DNA of 64,000 nt, from NCBI GenBank assembly GCA_017499595.2, contig CM039003.1, positions 3,534,001-3,598,000 on the forward strand. Direction: 5' to 3'. A model generated the notes under the pieces. That model ran no database searches and was not told the origin of the DNA. It worked only from the letters and a program-made list of their open reading frames with translations. Positions 13,903-27,337 of the stretch are shown piece after piece; the stretch's first letter is position 1; each line of letters starts with the position of its first letter. Source of the DNA: Psilocybe cubensis. Taxonomy: Eukaryota. Made by a program: the position numbers and the translations under genes.

Positions 13903-15120
13903 GTAAGTATTTGTGCACTGCGCTTGGATGTCTAAGTGCATATATGCGCCGTCTAGAGGCTGGGGAGCATCCCAAGCGTCATCGTAGCTTTTTTTAAGAC
14001 CCTGCGACACATGTGAGATCATTATGGAGGGTGTGGGGGTGACGCCAACACAGAGAAGGATGGTGAGACAAAAAGGTGTTCCTGGTAGAGGTGATGGAGA
14101 GTGTGGAGTGCATAATCAGGCGAACAATTGGATGGGGAGTACATGGACTTGTTAAGGCAGAATGCAGATGGGGATTGGGGAAGGCATCAGTGTGGTTCAT
14201 ATTCACCACACTCAAGCCCGCGCCTACGTCTACGCCCATGCGGACGACAACGCTCTTAAAGGTGTATTAGGACTCGGCTCTCGAGATCGCTGTGGAGCGC
14301 ATCAAACCAAATGGAGCTCATGGCACCCTGTGCTGCGCTGCCTTTGGCCTAGCAAATAACACGACATAGATGGATGCAAAAATCGAAGCACATTGAGGGG
14401 AGTGAGTTGGGGGTAAACAGGAGGGTGAGGGTAGTATGTCGTCAAGATATCAACGGAATGGTGGTATAGAGAATGAGCGTGAAGTGTGAAGTAACCTGAC
14501 TCACCAGCATTGATATAACCGCAGATTCCAACAAACGGATGAAACCGGATGAGAGATGCTTGGCGTCCATGTCGAGCTCGCCGTCGTATTAACGGGGTGG
14601 CGCATAAGGCATGAGTTTGCGCACAGGAAACAACATATAGAACACGAGATAGCAAAAACATCATTTCCACTGCACTGGATATCACGAACTTGATCATCCG
14701 TCACGACACAGGCCAGCACACAAATGTCATATGGACACGGTGTTGCTGCACTGGCGTCGATGCAGAATGTGTTTCCAGTGCAGTGGGGAAACGAGGATGA
14801 TAGAGGTGGAGGTGGAGGCTTGCAGTATTCCCGCAGTGTCGGTTCCAGGCGCCAAAGCGAAAAAAAAAAAAAAAAATCAAACATTACCACTCACCTAGAT
14901 GCTCCTCCCCCCTCCTCTGTGCTTAGACCCTGGTATCCTTCAACCCATCCCCCCAGTCGCGTATTTCAGAGTTTGTGTTGTCATTCGAGTGGCTGGGGGA
15001 AGAGACGGGTCGCGGTCGTGGATGGTGGTGGAAGACGACAAACGTCGCGTTGTTTGTTGTCAAGGACATTCAAACTCCGCTTTGCCTGACACGCTCGGCA
15101 GGGCATTGCTATCACTTCAC
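13903..15120 (+). repeat. Dispersed ~1.2-kb repeat, copy A (continues briefly after 16399)
   Basis: Reverse complement aligns closely with 43990-45158, e.g. shared translation FHPFVGICGYINAGESGYFTLHA. Confidence 0.9.
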
Positions 15121-16399
15121 TATGGAAAGCCGGAAGAGCGAGGTGCCCAGACACGAACCAAACATCGTCCGGCAGGTATGCCGAGTGATCGATAGGCAAC
15201 ACACAATCCCGCTACGCCTGAATGACTTCTGGCACCCTCCACCGAGTATACAAATAAGTATATTCCGTTACATACTTAGGTACGTTATTTTTTGCCGTCT
15301 ATCATTTAGTTCTGCCCTGTAAGAAAGGCAATAAATTGAATATTGTTGCATGATTAAGATGACCACGGTATTTGGGCCTTGGCTAGCGCATTGATGATAC
15401 GAAAGGAAGTCAACTAGGACAGGTAAGCTGCTTTTAAAAAGAGCCAGAGTGCTTACATATACAAACCAGACTTTGGTATGCGCTCAGCGCAGCGGGCGGT
15501 TGGTCACGGGCAATGGATGTGATGGATATGAGAGAAGATAAAAAGGAGGTGGCTAGGGCGGGTGAGAGAGCACGGTGAGTGGTGTAAGCTCGACCTCGTT
15601 GAAACCTTGAGATGAGGATGAAAGCCTTGATGTGAGCGAAAACCAATGGTGGGTGGGACGATCCGGACTGTTTCCCACACCCCCAACTATCTTCCTTTTA
15701 TCTTATCTATAATTTTCTTTTCTGTGGACTTCACCTTCGCTCCGTCCACCCAATACACGCAGTCCTTTAGCTCATTTTCTTTATTTTTTATTCCTATTTC
15801 TTCATTTTATTCCCCTTAAAACTAACTTGTACAGTTGTACTCCACCTTCATGTATTTCCCATTTAACCCTCTTATATCTCTTTCTTTGTCTACTTCCTTT
15901 GAACACCTTATTTTTACAGTATAAATGCAGGTATGTAGTAGCTAGAGAACCGGTGTCGAATACACAAATACAGAGTAATTTAATTTGTCTATTCGGCCTC
16001 TAAGCTTCATTTTCGACAATTTTCCATGTGCCGCTACGGAACCGCTGTTACCTTCGGAGCCACATTTGTCACTAACGTCACAAACCCTTTCTTACAGGCC
16101 ATAACTAAATAATAGAGGGCAAAAAACAACTCGAAAAGTCGGCTTCGACGCAATTACCCGCCATGCCAATAACTAGTAAAATTAATGTAATAATTATTTG
16201 TGTATCCAAATTACCTACCCATGGCAGGTAATACCTAAAGTATGTGACGGAGTATACTTATTTTGAAAATGGACTCGGTGCAGGGTGTCGGAAGTCACTC
16301 AGGCATACCGGGATTGTGTGTTGCCTATCGATCACTCGGCATACCTGCCGGACGATGTTTGGTTTATGTCTGGGCACCTCGCTCTTCCGGCTTTCCATA
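15121..16399. mobile_element. Non-autonomous TIR DNA transposon (MITE-like), ~160-bp TIRs, 6-bp TSD CTTCAC
   Basis: TATGGAAAGCCGGAAGAGCGAGGTGCCCAGAC... at 15121 is the inverted match of ...GTCTGGGCACCTCGCTCTTCCGGCTTTCCATA ending at 16399. CTTCAC occurs at 15115-15120 and 16400-16405. A single CTTCAC is found at the paralogous empty site (43997-44002, minus). Confidence 0.9.
15318..16096 (+). mobile_element. Probable solo LTR nested in the TIR element
   Basis: TG...CA ends with an 11-bp inverted repeat TGTAAGAAAGG / CCTTTCTTACA. Internal pyrimidine tract and TATAAA near 15920. Flanks gccc / ggcc form only an imperfect TSD. Confidence 0.6.
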
Positions 16400-17004
16400 C
16401 TTCACCGCTGTTTTATAACTTTACTACACATTGCAAAGTCTAAGAAACATGTATTACCCACGGTATGACCAACACGAGAGCTTTCATCGTGTTTATTTAC
16501 TCTGAGGATCATCTCAAAATTTCGGCATTTTCCACCCATTCCGCCGGCTTCATATTCTCAATCAACCATCTACACAGCCTTGTGTACTGTATATGTACCA
16601 CAGAAGGTCGATAACGCTTAAAACAGCTCTAACACGGCCCCCACTTATGTGTTTCCTCCTGGAAATGCTCATATTGCAACTGGAATTCACCAAACTTCTG
16701 GGAAACTTCGAATCGCCGTGACGACGTTATATTTAGCTGAGCGCTGTTAGCCTAACCTGAACTTGGAATGGTGCAGAAATAACGCGACTGGAATGAGCTG
16801 GAACGATGTATCGGGGGAGGAAGATGATATTGACCTTTGAGTATGGTATGATTTTCTGGGTTTTGATGAACAGTTTGATCTCCCTTGTATACGATGTACT
16901 GATGCCACCGCTCTTGACCGCGAACCACATCATTGAGTGAGGGTTTTCTTGTTTCTTTTTTGTAGCACCACGCTAACGATGCTCTGCAGATTCTGATTTG
17001 ATTT

Positions 17005-17885
17005 TTGGACGTCCGCCGAGCGCTGTTGCAAGGTTGAACAAGGTATGTTTTGCCTGTTGCTTTGCTGGCCTATGACTGACCTTGTATTGTAGTTTTCATC
17101 TCGACGCTATGTATCGAGTTCCGGCGAGCAGGACAGCCATGTTGGGGTTGTGGCAATGGTAAGTTCACGTCTTGTGTATGTTTGATTCCCTCGTTGACCT
17201 TTTTATTCTGGTTTTTCCACTCGTGTTGCTCTGACGCAACATATCGACGTCCGCCGAGCTAGGATGTTGTGCTTCCCTGGCCCGTTTTCGAGATGTATGT
17301 ACTGTGAGTCTATGTCTCTCACTTTTCTAAGCTCTATCTGACTTTTTATCCATGTTTCTCACTCGTAATGCTGTGACACAACATATCGACGTCCGCCGAG
17401 CTAGGGTGTTGCGGTTCCGTGGCCCGTTTTCGAAAAGCATTCATTGTAAGCCCATGTCTCCTGTTTCTTCAAGCTCTTGCTAACATTTTACGCAGGTTTT
17501 TCCACTCGTAATGCTGTGAGGCGACATATCGACGTCCGCCGAGCTAGGGTGTCGTGCCTGCCCTCCCCACTCTCTAGCCGTGAGCTGGTGTGTGTTCCTA
17601 GGTCTGTTGGTGTTGTGGGAACTGTAAGTTCATGTTTTGTACTTGCATCAAACTTTCCTTGACCGTTTTATTCAGCTTTATGCGCTGACGCAATGTATCG
17701 ACGTCCGCCGAGCTGTCTTGTCAAGCCGATCCTGTGGACCGCTAGATGCAGAGGAAGGGCTATTCCCTCCGAGGTGTAAGTTCATGCCTTATACTTGTGT
17801 TATTCCCTCCTTGACTTTTTACCCAGGTTTTGTGAACTCGTTGTGCTCTGACGCAACGTATCAACGTCCGCCAAGCTGCCTTGGC
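17005..17885 (+). repeat. Degenerate tandem array, ~140-170-bp units with core ATCGACGTCCGCCGAGC
   Basis: Core recurs near 17009, 17246, 17388, 17531, 17700 and 17863. Confidence 0.75.
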
Positions 17886-17924
17886 CCCGTTTCTTAAGAC
17901 GATCCCGTAAGCCGCTGGATACAG

Positions 17925-18410
17925 GTTGTGGTAAGTCGATCACAGTATGCGCATTGTAGCACTGCTTACCTGTAATTGTTAGTTAGTCCGTATTGATTTC
18001 CGGCGGTCTGGCCGTCAGTTATTTCCAAGCACCCTTGTCACATATGCCACCGCTATATATCCCCTTCTGCACGACAACATCTTTGCGGGATCTGTAGTCT
18101 TTTCACAGTCTATGCGTCCTGTGATGGTTCTGCACATACAGGTAGTGGTAAGTTGATTACAGTATGCGCGTTGAAACTCTGTTTACCCCGAATTCTAGTT
18201 ATGCCCCAACGCATCCTGCAGTCTGGCCGTCAGTTATTTGCAAGCACTTTGCAGTTATACTGCCCAGCAGCTGGCCTTGAGGTTTTACAGCACGTCTGCG
18301 GTTTGCACGGTAAGTTGATTAAGTTGATTACAGTATGCGCATTTAAACTGTACTTACTGGAATTGTTAGTTATGTCCCAGTTGGTGGTATCACGTAAGTT
18401 ATTTCCTCTG
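17925..18410 (+). repeat. Degenerate ~200-bp repeat, 2-3 copies
   Basis: ggtaagt(c/t)gat(c/t)acagtatgcgc at about 17930, 18147 and 18320. gtctggccgtcagttattt occurs twice. Confidence 0.65.
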
Positions 18411-18494
18411 TAGATAGACCGGTTACGCCCCAGTATGGCCTTCGGGCGGGGCTAACCTCTGCTTGTACGATAAATTGAAGGTGTTGCAATGCAT

Positions 18495-18595
18495 GTATGA
18501 GAATGAACACAATGAACACATGCTGCTCATCTACCAATTTTTCTCCTGTCTGATATCACCCAAATCTAAATCACTGCCTCGTAAGCTGAGTGGGT
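18495..18595 (+). repeat. 101-bp direct repeat, copy 2
   Basis: Matches 12433-12533. Confidence 0.9.
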
Positions 18596-18999
18596 GAATG
18601 GGAATTTAGCAGGCTCAGTTTGAGAGCGGCATCTCTGGTCATAGACAATATTCACTATGAAAAAAATTGAACGCCCTTTCTTTCCTTCGTTCTATCTCCT
18701 GCATCCTTGACCCTTGGACCCGGATATTCCTGTCAAGTATCTCATTTGTTCAGACATCTTGCTGCAAAATGCATTCGGCACTTGGGATTCAAGGAACTGA
18801 ATTTCCCATGGTCACATGAGATCTTGATTATGTCAAAGATAACCGAATTCTTATCTCACTCCCCAACACCTTTGTGCGACAACGATATTCACACCATGAA
18901 AGAGTTGAATAGTGGTCAGACTTATCAATATTTTGTGGAATCCAAGGTATTTGTACTATATTAAATTTTTATTGGATACTAACTACTATTTGTTTGGTG

Positions 19000-21900
19000 C
19001 CTATATGGCATCAAACTCTGGGAGCTGCTCTGGAGCCTCTATCACCTGAAAGGCGAGTTCTCCACCTTTTTTTCGGTGACGCGGGCGCTCTTTTATTACC
19101 AAACGTCCCTGCGAGAACCCGTCAGCCAGGCACCTCGGTTGTGCCGGCTTAATCTGCGGCCTCCGTGCGGCCCTCTTTGTCTCTGCGACCCTGTCTGTGG
19201 CCGCCCTTTCTTCCCGAAGAACCTCGGTCCCTGCCGAGGTGCTTGTTTCACGACATGGGTCCAGTGGCAACCCTGCTCGTGCCCGCTTGACGGCAGAAGC
19301 GGGTTCACACCTGGATCAAAGTGCAATTGGGATGGGATGGAATGTCAGAGATTGAGATTAATGAGAAATAGTGAGTGGAACGTACCTCTCGCTGTCTGCC
19401 GTCGATATTCTTCGCTTCCGAGTATATCTGGAAGCGTTGGCTGCTGGCCTAATTTCAACAGTTGCAGTCAGTTGGTTTATGTTTGTTCATTGGACGATAG
19501 GATGACTCGTACCTCTTTATTTTTGAGGTATAGTTTGCCATTCTAAAGAAATTATGCGACACATTGGATTCAGTTTTACACTCTGGAAATGAGAAAGGGG
19601 AAAATGTTATCATACCCTCCATTACGGTGTCCAAGCCTAGGAAGAGGCTCGACGGGATTACCCCCGGAGCTCCCTTCGCGGTTTAAGTCCATCTGGATGG
19701 ATCTCTTGTGATAGCGTATTTCCTTTTCTCCATTGTTAGAGTGGAAATCGCCGGTACTATCGCTTGAGAGGTATTTGTGGCTCCGGCTGTGATAGTACGA
19801 AATCAATTGATCAACGCTTGAAAGCGTTGGAACCAATTGTTGTGTTCGTTTCTCATCTTCTATGGACACCCTAGTGTGGGTATTTGCTGCCTGTGTAGAT
19901 GGGTCGGCGTTGGTGAACCAGACTCCGCCGTGAATGACATCGATATAGCGATTTGGTTGCACGTTTTCTGTGGCAGCACTCGTCGAGGACGTGGACGGAT
20001 AATGCCTGGAGAAGTTGATTAGTTTTTAACCTAACTCCGCGACGATAGACGCACCCATCATCCACGTTCATCGATGGATAATTTCCAAAGTTCCCGAGAG
20101 CCAGAGATTGACGTCTGCTTGATGACGTCTGATTGGAGGTGTGTGGACTGGTTGGACAAATTTCTGAATGCGAAATCGATGGTTGAATAGCAGGGTCGGG
20201 AAAGATCGGGCATGCATCGGGACTTGACACACGTCCTTGACCTATCATGGGGACAAGGTCAAATGAGGAACTAAACAATGCTATTCGTCGATGCTCGGTC
20301 AGCGTGAAATCGCACATGAAGAATTCAATCCTTACGATTGATGTCCTCAAAAGAATAATGAGGAAGTGGGTCTAGTGTAGGCTCCTTGGACAGTTCAAGG
20401 CTGGATGAAGAACCTGACGCTTGTTGAACATGGGAAATCGGAGACGAGAGAGTGGCTGGGTTGGCAAATGGTAGGTATGAACACCCTTCATCCGACTCGG
20501 TCAATATCGCTGTTTATCGTCCTACTGTCAGCGTTGCGCAGCACAAATAAACAGCCCCATTGCTTACTGTTTATGCCTTCCAGACTTGTATAAGGATATG
20601 AATTTGATACAGCTGCAGGTTGAACAGGAATGTGGAGGTTACATGAAAACAGTGCCGCCGTTTGCTGGGAGCCAGTGATTACATCTTCGTCGCCGGCGGT
20701 GTTGTCAGGAATGTAAGCCATTGATGACGCGCTCCCGGGTAGTATAGTATCTGAACTTTCTGTAAACAGATTAAAAATTGATAAGAGATCTAACTGAATT
20801 GTTAGTATCGAAGATACTCGCCATCGGAGAGTCCAGAAACAAAGAGGCTCCAGTCGAGTGTGTCACAGTAATCCATGATTCAAACAGGATGTACTAGTAT
20901 CTTGTTCTGCGGTAGGGCTTGGGGTAACAATGGAAGAGGGAAAGGGGGGAGCAATATTTCGACAAGGTGTGAAGGCTGTATAAGATGACTCGTCGAATCC
21001 TCGTGTATAAAATGATGTTGTAGCTTTTTAGGCAGAAAAACGTTCTGCTTCCCATGAACACACACAATCAACGTCTTTGTGTGCTTACGGCCGCACCATT
21101 TCCCTGACGTGCCGAGCAAAATGACCTGTCATCCACCTCATGTCCTATTTCCACCACACAACAAGTGACTAGTGATTGGTTAATATGTCATTTCTCACAG
21201 GTCTATTTATAATAAGAGCCACTGAGTTCAAGCTGACTTTCTGGCCTTGAGTGTAACAGTTAGGCAGACCTCTATGACCCAGCACTACGGTTAAGACAAC
21301 GAGTGAGCACTCGTGTTTCTAACACTGTATTTCAGCTATAATACCACACTACCATCCGTCTCCAATCTAGGAAGTATTGCGGTTCTGGGAGAAGGTGAGA
21401 CTCGAGAGAAGCGGGAAACTAATGAATCCGAGCCAAGTCAGCAAGAAGACGGGTTGATTAACCAATGAGTAAACTTTTACTCGATTTAGAATGATTCCGT
21501 CTGATGGGTCGTCATTTAGTGTGTGAATGGTGTGTGTTTTGTCGAGAAGTTCAATATCTTTTCCCCCTACGAATACATATAATCAAATTGTTGGAGTGCT
21601 AAAACACAGTATTGCAACACCGGTACATACGCTGCCACTCATGTCCACTCGCTGCGTCGAGGCCCACCGTGTTACAAAGAAAGATGCCGAAGCATGGCGG
21701 CAATTCAAGAAGATGAACAGGAACAAGCACCGGAACCTGAGTCGCATATGCCAAAGGTCCTGCTGTACATTCGATGCTGCCATGGATTTACCACACTCAC
21801 AGTCGCGTCATTGTAACTAACATGAGTCCTCTGAATGCGATGTGTGAGCTCCATTCGCCGTTGTTGGCGAATCATAGACGGACTTGATAAGGCAACACAG

Positions 21901-22656
21901 AAGAGCATGAACACGCGTTCAAAGTGAGTGGGAGACACTCCTGACGCTGGTTTTCCTGGTGTTCACTTCTGACTTGTTCGTGGAGTGGAGAAGAATGATG
22001 TAGAGCACAACCGAATTTCATGTGCACAACTAACAAAATCCGACGGGGAGGTGGTCAACCTAGGCGTGCTAGGTCTCGAGACACCGTTGTCGTGGGATTC
22101 AGAAAAAGAGCAGAAAGGTGTCGTTGGCGGTGGATGGGGAAATATTGCGTAGGCATAATCCCTGGAAATGTTAGAGGTGATAGACGGATGTAAAACGGTA
22201 GAAAGGGGTTCAAAAAGACTGTAAACCACTTACTTTCAACGACCCCTTTCCTACATTTCCCCTCCACGCACACTGTACTACCCACGCACGAAATCAGCAT
22301 TGCATACCTCAGTGCTTTCCTTCTACAGTAGCTGCGATCATTCCGCTTCATGTGCGACTGGACGAGGCGGTGGCTAAGAGCCAAGTTACTTTTGTTTGGT
22401 CATGTTGTTGGAAGCCGATTGTCGTCGCAAGCCGGGAACGGCCAGGAACATGATTCAGGGGCTGCAGCATCTTGATTCGCTGGCTCCGCGATGTAAATGG
22501 TTGCAAAAGCACCCACCCTGCGACGTCGTGTAATAAAATATCTGGTCCATTTGAGTGATTAGTAAAAGAACTGCCCACATGGCAAATTGTCGGCATAGTT
22601 TTCCCAATTTTAGACGATCTAGCGAAAAACAGAAAGTCTGGATTGAGAGTCACCAT
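19000..22656 (-). pseudogene. Possible degenerate multi-exon gene(s), unknown product
   Basis: A chain of minus-strand ORF fragments (22348-22656, 20488-20721, 19871-20350, 19576-19962) with S/P-rich content and weak Cys/His motifs. No domain is confidently recognisable. Confidence 0.25.
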
Positions 22657-22857
22657 ATGGAGCCTGTGAGATTCATCGATAAGAGTCCCATTGTTCTCTG
22701 TGTGTAGAGATTACAGCTACCCGAAGTCCTCATATATTGTGCATTTTTGCGAAACACGATAATCGATGCCTCTTTGAAACATTGTCAAGCTTACAAGTGA
22801 GTAGGATGGTTTATCAGATATCGCAAACACAGTTAGACCTAACACATTATTGAAGAA

Positions 22858-24495
22858 ATGGCCGGGACTGCATTTTCAAGCACTGTTATCAGTTTATCAC
22901 CGTCACGATCATTTTCATTGCCAATTTTTATGGCTTGTAAAAATACTCCAACGAGTACTTCAATCCAACATCAAGCATCAACGCGCCCCTTCGTCACAAC
23001 GCGCCAGAGAGGGGAATGTAAACTTCAACGTGATACATCCATCATCAACGAGTACATGGCACGCTTCCAGGCTCAATATGAAATCCTGTAGAGACAGTAC
23101 CAATGCCTCAATATACCCAAACAAGGATAGAAGGTATAACAGTCCCTTTCCCCTCTTTGTCATTCCAGCGCGCTGATGTTAACTGTACAGCTAAGGACGA
23201 GGTTAAGGACATTGTATCTGCACAAGACTTTCCAATCTTGTCAGATGAACAATCAGAGGAATTGTTCGGCTTCAGGGAAATGGAGCGCTACGTCAATTAC
23301 AACGAGCCCGAGACGGAGTCAGAGGAAGATATGTGATACCCGGACATGGAGGAGCTCACCAACCATAGCATGGACCTCAACTACGAAAATAATGCGAACA
23401 AGGACGAGGCTAAGGAGACCGTAGCTGCACACGACCTTCCAGCCTTGTCGGATGAGCAGTCGGAGGAAGGGTTCAGGGAAATGGAGCGCTATGTCAACTA
23501 CAACGATGACTCCGATTACCTCAATATTAACAACACCACCAGCCATGCACCATCTAGCTGGAGGAATCCGTCAACTTCTGCTGGTTCCATCGCGACATCG
23601 TCAATGCCACAGCCCATATCATCCAGATACTCGGTGCGTCTTTTTCTATCATTGAAACCGCCAAAGATTGAATTTTCTGTGATGAAGGAGATAAATCATA
23701 TCCCCCCCCCCCCCCCCCCCCCCCTTCAAATTTTTATGCCTACAGGTCTTACCCGGCTGCTTGGGTCACTCCACCATGGCCACTGCCCGCTTCTTCTCCA
23801 GCCACAACAAGCCTTCACTTCCTTTCTTCTATGTCGCATGTTCCTATCACTTCAAAGGCAAAGCCAGGTCGTCGAAGGTAAGTTCTCCTTCTTTATCATT
23901 CAAAGTTCATGGACCAATTCAATATATTACTCTTCAGGCCCCCGCGCACCCACGCAAAGCGCCGAAGTCGCGTTCGACTCGGAGTCGCATTGGAGAGACC
24001 CCTGCGCAGAAGAGTGCGCGGCGCAAACGTACCAGTGGGGTGCTAACCCCCTACGAAGTGGATGCTCTGCCGTCCGCAGAGTATACAGACAGGGCGGTTC
24101 GTTCAATCCTCAAAATACCGTATAATATTCCGCTAGAAGATGCGTGGCCATAGGGCCCGGACCCATGGACAATCTATAAACAAGCACAGGTACTTATGTT
24201 AGCAATCTGCTGCTGCAATCACAAGGCAACATTTCATGAGATTGAAATGTATATTATGGGAAAGTACCCTTTGTTGGAAACAACGGAGTATGGTACAGAA
24301 TGGCGGGTAAGCCAAATTCTCCTTCGCAAAATTAAACAGCTGATGAGCATTTATTGTGACGAATAGAGTACGTTACGAAACTATCTCAGCGCATATCCTC
24401 ACTTCGGGAGATTGCGCCGTGAAAAGGGATGTGGGGGCCCCTGGACGCTGGATATTACTATGACTCGACAGCTGTTTGATATTTATGTTTCTTAG
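22858..24495 (+). pseudogene. Forkhead (winged-helix) domain pseudogene
   Basis: C-terminal exons give LMLAICCCNHKATFHEIEMYIMGKYPLL...EWR / STLRNYLSAYPHFGRLRREKGCGGPWTLD, matching the forkhead pattern. In-frame TAG stops at 23089-23091 and 24151-24153. Internal duplicated peptide SDEQSEE..GFREMERYVNYN. Confidence 0.7.
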
Positions 24496-24567
24496 TGTAT
24501 ATATGTGATTTTTTTAAGCTTGAGCAAACGTTGACAGGTTTTGAATTATGAGTAGAGATACTGCTGA

Positions 24568-26597
24568 TCAAGACTCGAGTGGGATGTCCTCATTGGTCTC
24601 ATCTCCATCTGCTGCCTGCAAAGTGTTATATGATTAAAATTAAAATTAATCATCCATGCCACGAACTGACCGACGAGGGCCAGCCACCAAGATTGTAAAA
24701 TCCGTTGTACGCAAGCAGGTTAGGTGTTTTGTCCGCTACAATTTGATGTCATGCTTTGATACAACGCTGATAAGACAAGAAAGGCGTACGGATGTCATGT
24801 AATATTCCCCCATGTACGTATGCCCAGAAGTTTGAAGGTATTCTTGTTGATTCTAGAGACTTCAGGCAGGCCGTAAGTCCAGATACATGCGGTGCAGCCT
24901 GTGTAATTCATGGTTAATTGCCTATGAAATGTACAATTTCCGAGTCAGTGACGCTACCATTGAAGTGCCAGTGTATGTAGTGCTCCCTCCGTGCAACCAG
25001 GTTGATATTATGTCCTCGCCTGAAATGGTTTACTCATAGGAGTCAAGTAGGTATAAGATCATGGTTACCAGGGGCAAATACATTGACTACACTCCCGTAG
25101 TTTGAATGTTTGTACCGTTTATCACGGAAGGTAGTTGCACCAACGGTTATTGCAAAGGGAGAGCGAGCAGGGCTAACGAATTTTGCGTCCTTGTTATTGT
25201 TTCCAGCTGCGGCCACAACAGATATCTTTGTGTCAAACAGCTATAACAAACTATGTAAAAATTGTCGAAATAAATATGAGAATCGACCGACATACCTTTT
25301 TGACAGAATCGTCAATTGCTTGACTTGCATCACCTCCAATACTCAGGTTGACTATACTTGGACGTTTGGTAAATTTAACGTTGATAAGTATCCAGTCTAA
25401 CGCCTTGACACTGTAGTGACAATCAGTGATGCTTATTACGAATCAAAAGACTTGATCAAACAGTAAAGTGGAGCGGGAATCTCTGATGCCAGTTTGTTTA
25501 GTTGTTTATAAGCATTACTTATCAGCCAATTACTTACTTATTTTCCTGGATCTTCACAGCTATGGCGTTTGCCTCTTTGGCAACGCCGCTACAACGGAAA
25601 ATTGAAACATTATATCATCATGGTTTTGAAGACAGTTTGTTATATACGCACTATTGCTTCGACATTGCTATCCCGGCGACGTGCGTACCATGACTGGAAT
25701 AAAATGATATAAGATGTTGAAACAGTAATTATATCATGGCACTTACCCATCGGTATCTACGTTGGGCTGTAAATTTCAATAAAAATAGGGTTCAGTGACG
25801 AACGGTATACATTGGTTCCCAACTTACCTTTCCTGTAAGGGTTATTCCCCAAGATGCGCGATTCTCAAAGGATGGCTGACCATTATATTATTATCAATTC
25901 AAAGCCAATACCCGGGTGGAGAAATGACGATCTTACATGAGATGTATCAATCCCTAAATCGAGTCAAATCAAAAGCAGGTAAGTGATATTATTATCACAG
26001 TTGTAATATAATTTACCCGTGTCTGTTTCAGATACGTCAATACCATGTATCTGCTCAAAAAGGTTTGTATCAGGCTGCTCACCAACAATGTAGATATCTA
26101 CACCTCTACCGGCTTGGGTATCATAGTAGTAGTGATACTTGGGTTCGACTTTCTCAAGTGGGGCGATCCGACTCAATCTTGCTAAATTCCATGTTGCGTC
26201 GGATCTAACATGCACAATTTATTATATCTTGAAACCACTGCACAGAAGGTGAAGAATAACATACTGATGTCCATATGCATAACATTTGGCATCGGCTTCC
26301 ACGTATTTGACGTCTGAGTGGGCCTTTATACTTTCAATATGGCTTTCAGAAAAACTTCCTGAAAATGGCCCGTTAGTTTCCCTGAGTCGTAAAGCGACCT
26401 TGCAGTGCATGAAATTGCTCACCGGTAAACCCATTCAGGACGTGCTCAAACACATGGACAGAGGAAGCAGAGAATGCCTTGACTTGTTCTTCCTGTGATC
26501 TTAGGAATGACGACGTCGATACCCCGTCACGTAGAACGATGATGTACGTGTTTGCCTCCGAGTCTGTGGCAATTGGGACTTCTTGGCTTTCTGACAT
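24568..26597 (-). CDS. Subtilisin-like S8 protease (proteinase K type) with I9 propeptide, multi-intron
   Basis: I9-like NTYIIVLRDG...VKYVEADA, then TWNLARLS and AGRGVDIYIV-DTG (catalytic Asp), HGTHVAGIA (about 25665-25692, His), and TGTSM / APHVSGL (about 24875-24975, Ser). Confidence 0.88.
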
Positions 26598-27337
26598 ACT
26601 TCAGAGGAGCGTGGTTATTTGGCGACTTGTGGTGAGAGGACTGGTGTTAAATACTCCTTCGTGGTGCAATGGTTTTATTATATCTTACATTGGGGCTCCA
26701 GTCTCACTCACGCCCTCACAACCGAGTAAAATTCTCTGTTATCTTCTTCGCATGTCATAGATGATAGCAGTCCATGCGGAAGTTAACATAGGATTTTGAC
26801 CATGGAGATGAACATATATGGCTCAGGAGTTATTACATCGCCGTGATCACTCAATTATAACGACTTTGATTGGTGAAAATGACCGTATGGAAAGGTTTAT
26901 AAGAGGGTAGCTGCTTACCGATGAGATTCCAGTAAGTCCTTTATTGTGTATTTAGAGATGCAATATGAGAATACGATACCGGAAGGGGCATTTGTAAGCC
27001 ATAAATAAACGCTTGTTTGTTTGTACACGGCAATTCTAGTGTTGCGGGATCACTGTAAAGCCAAACAACATGCTAAGTGTAACCTAGATTTAAAGGTTCT
27101 TTCAGGTACCGTTTCCCATGGGTGATTATGAAGAGAGATAGTTAGTTTATTTAGTAGTTTTTGACTCAAGATATCTGGAACGTCCGCACAATGAAAATCT
27201 CCGGACGCAAACAACAAAGGAAAGTGACCTGGTGAAGTCATCCATGTATACGGTACTAAGTTGCTATTAACAAGTGTATAAAGGGAACCGCAAAGATTGA
27301 ACAGCACTTTCACCATATTGACAGCTGAATTTCAATC

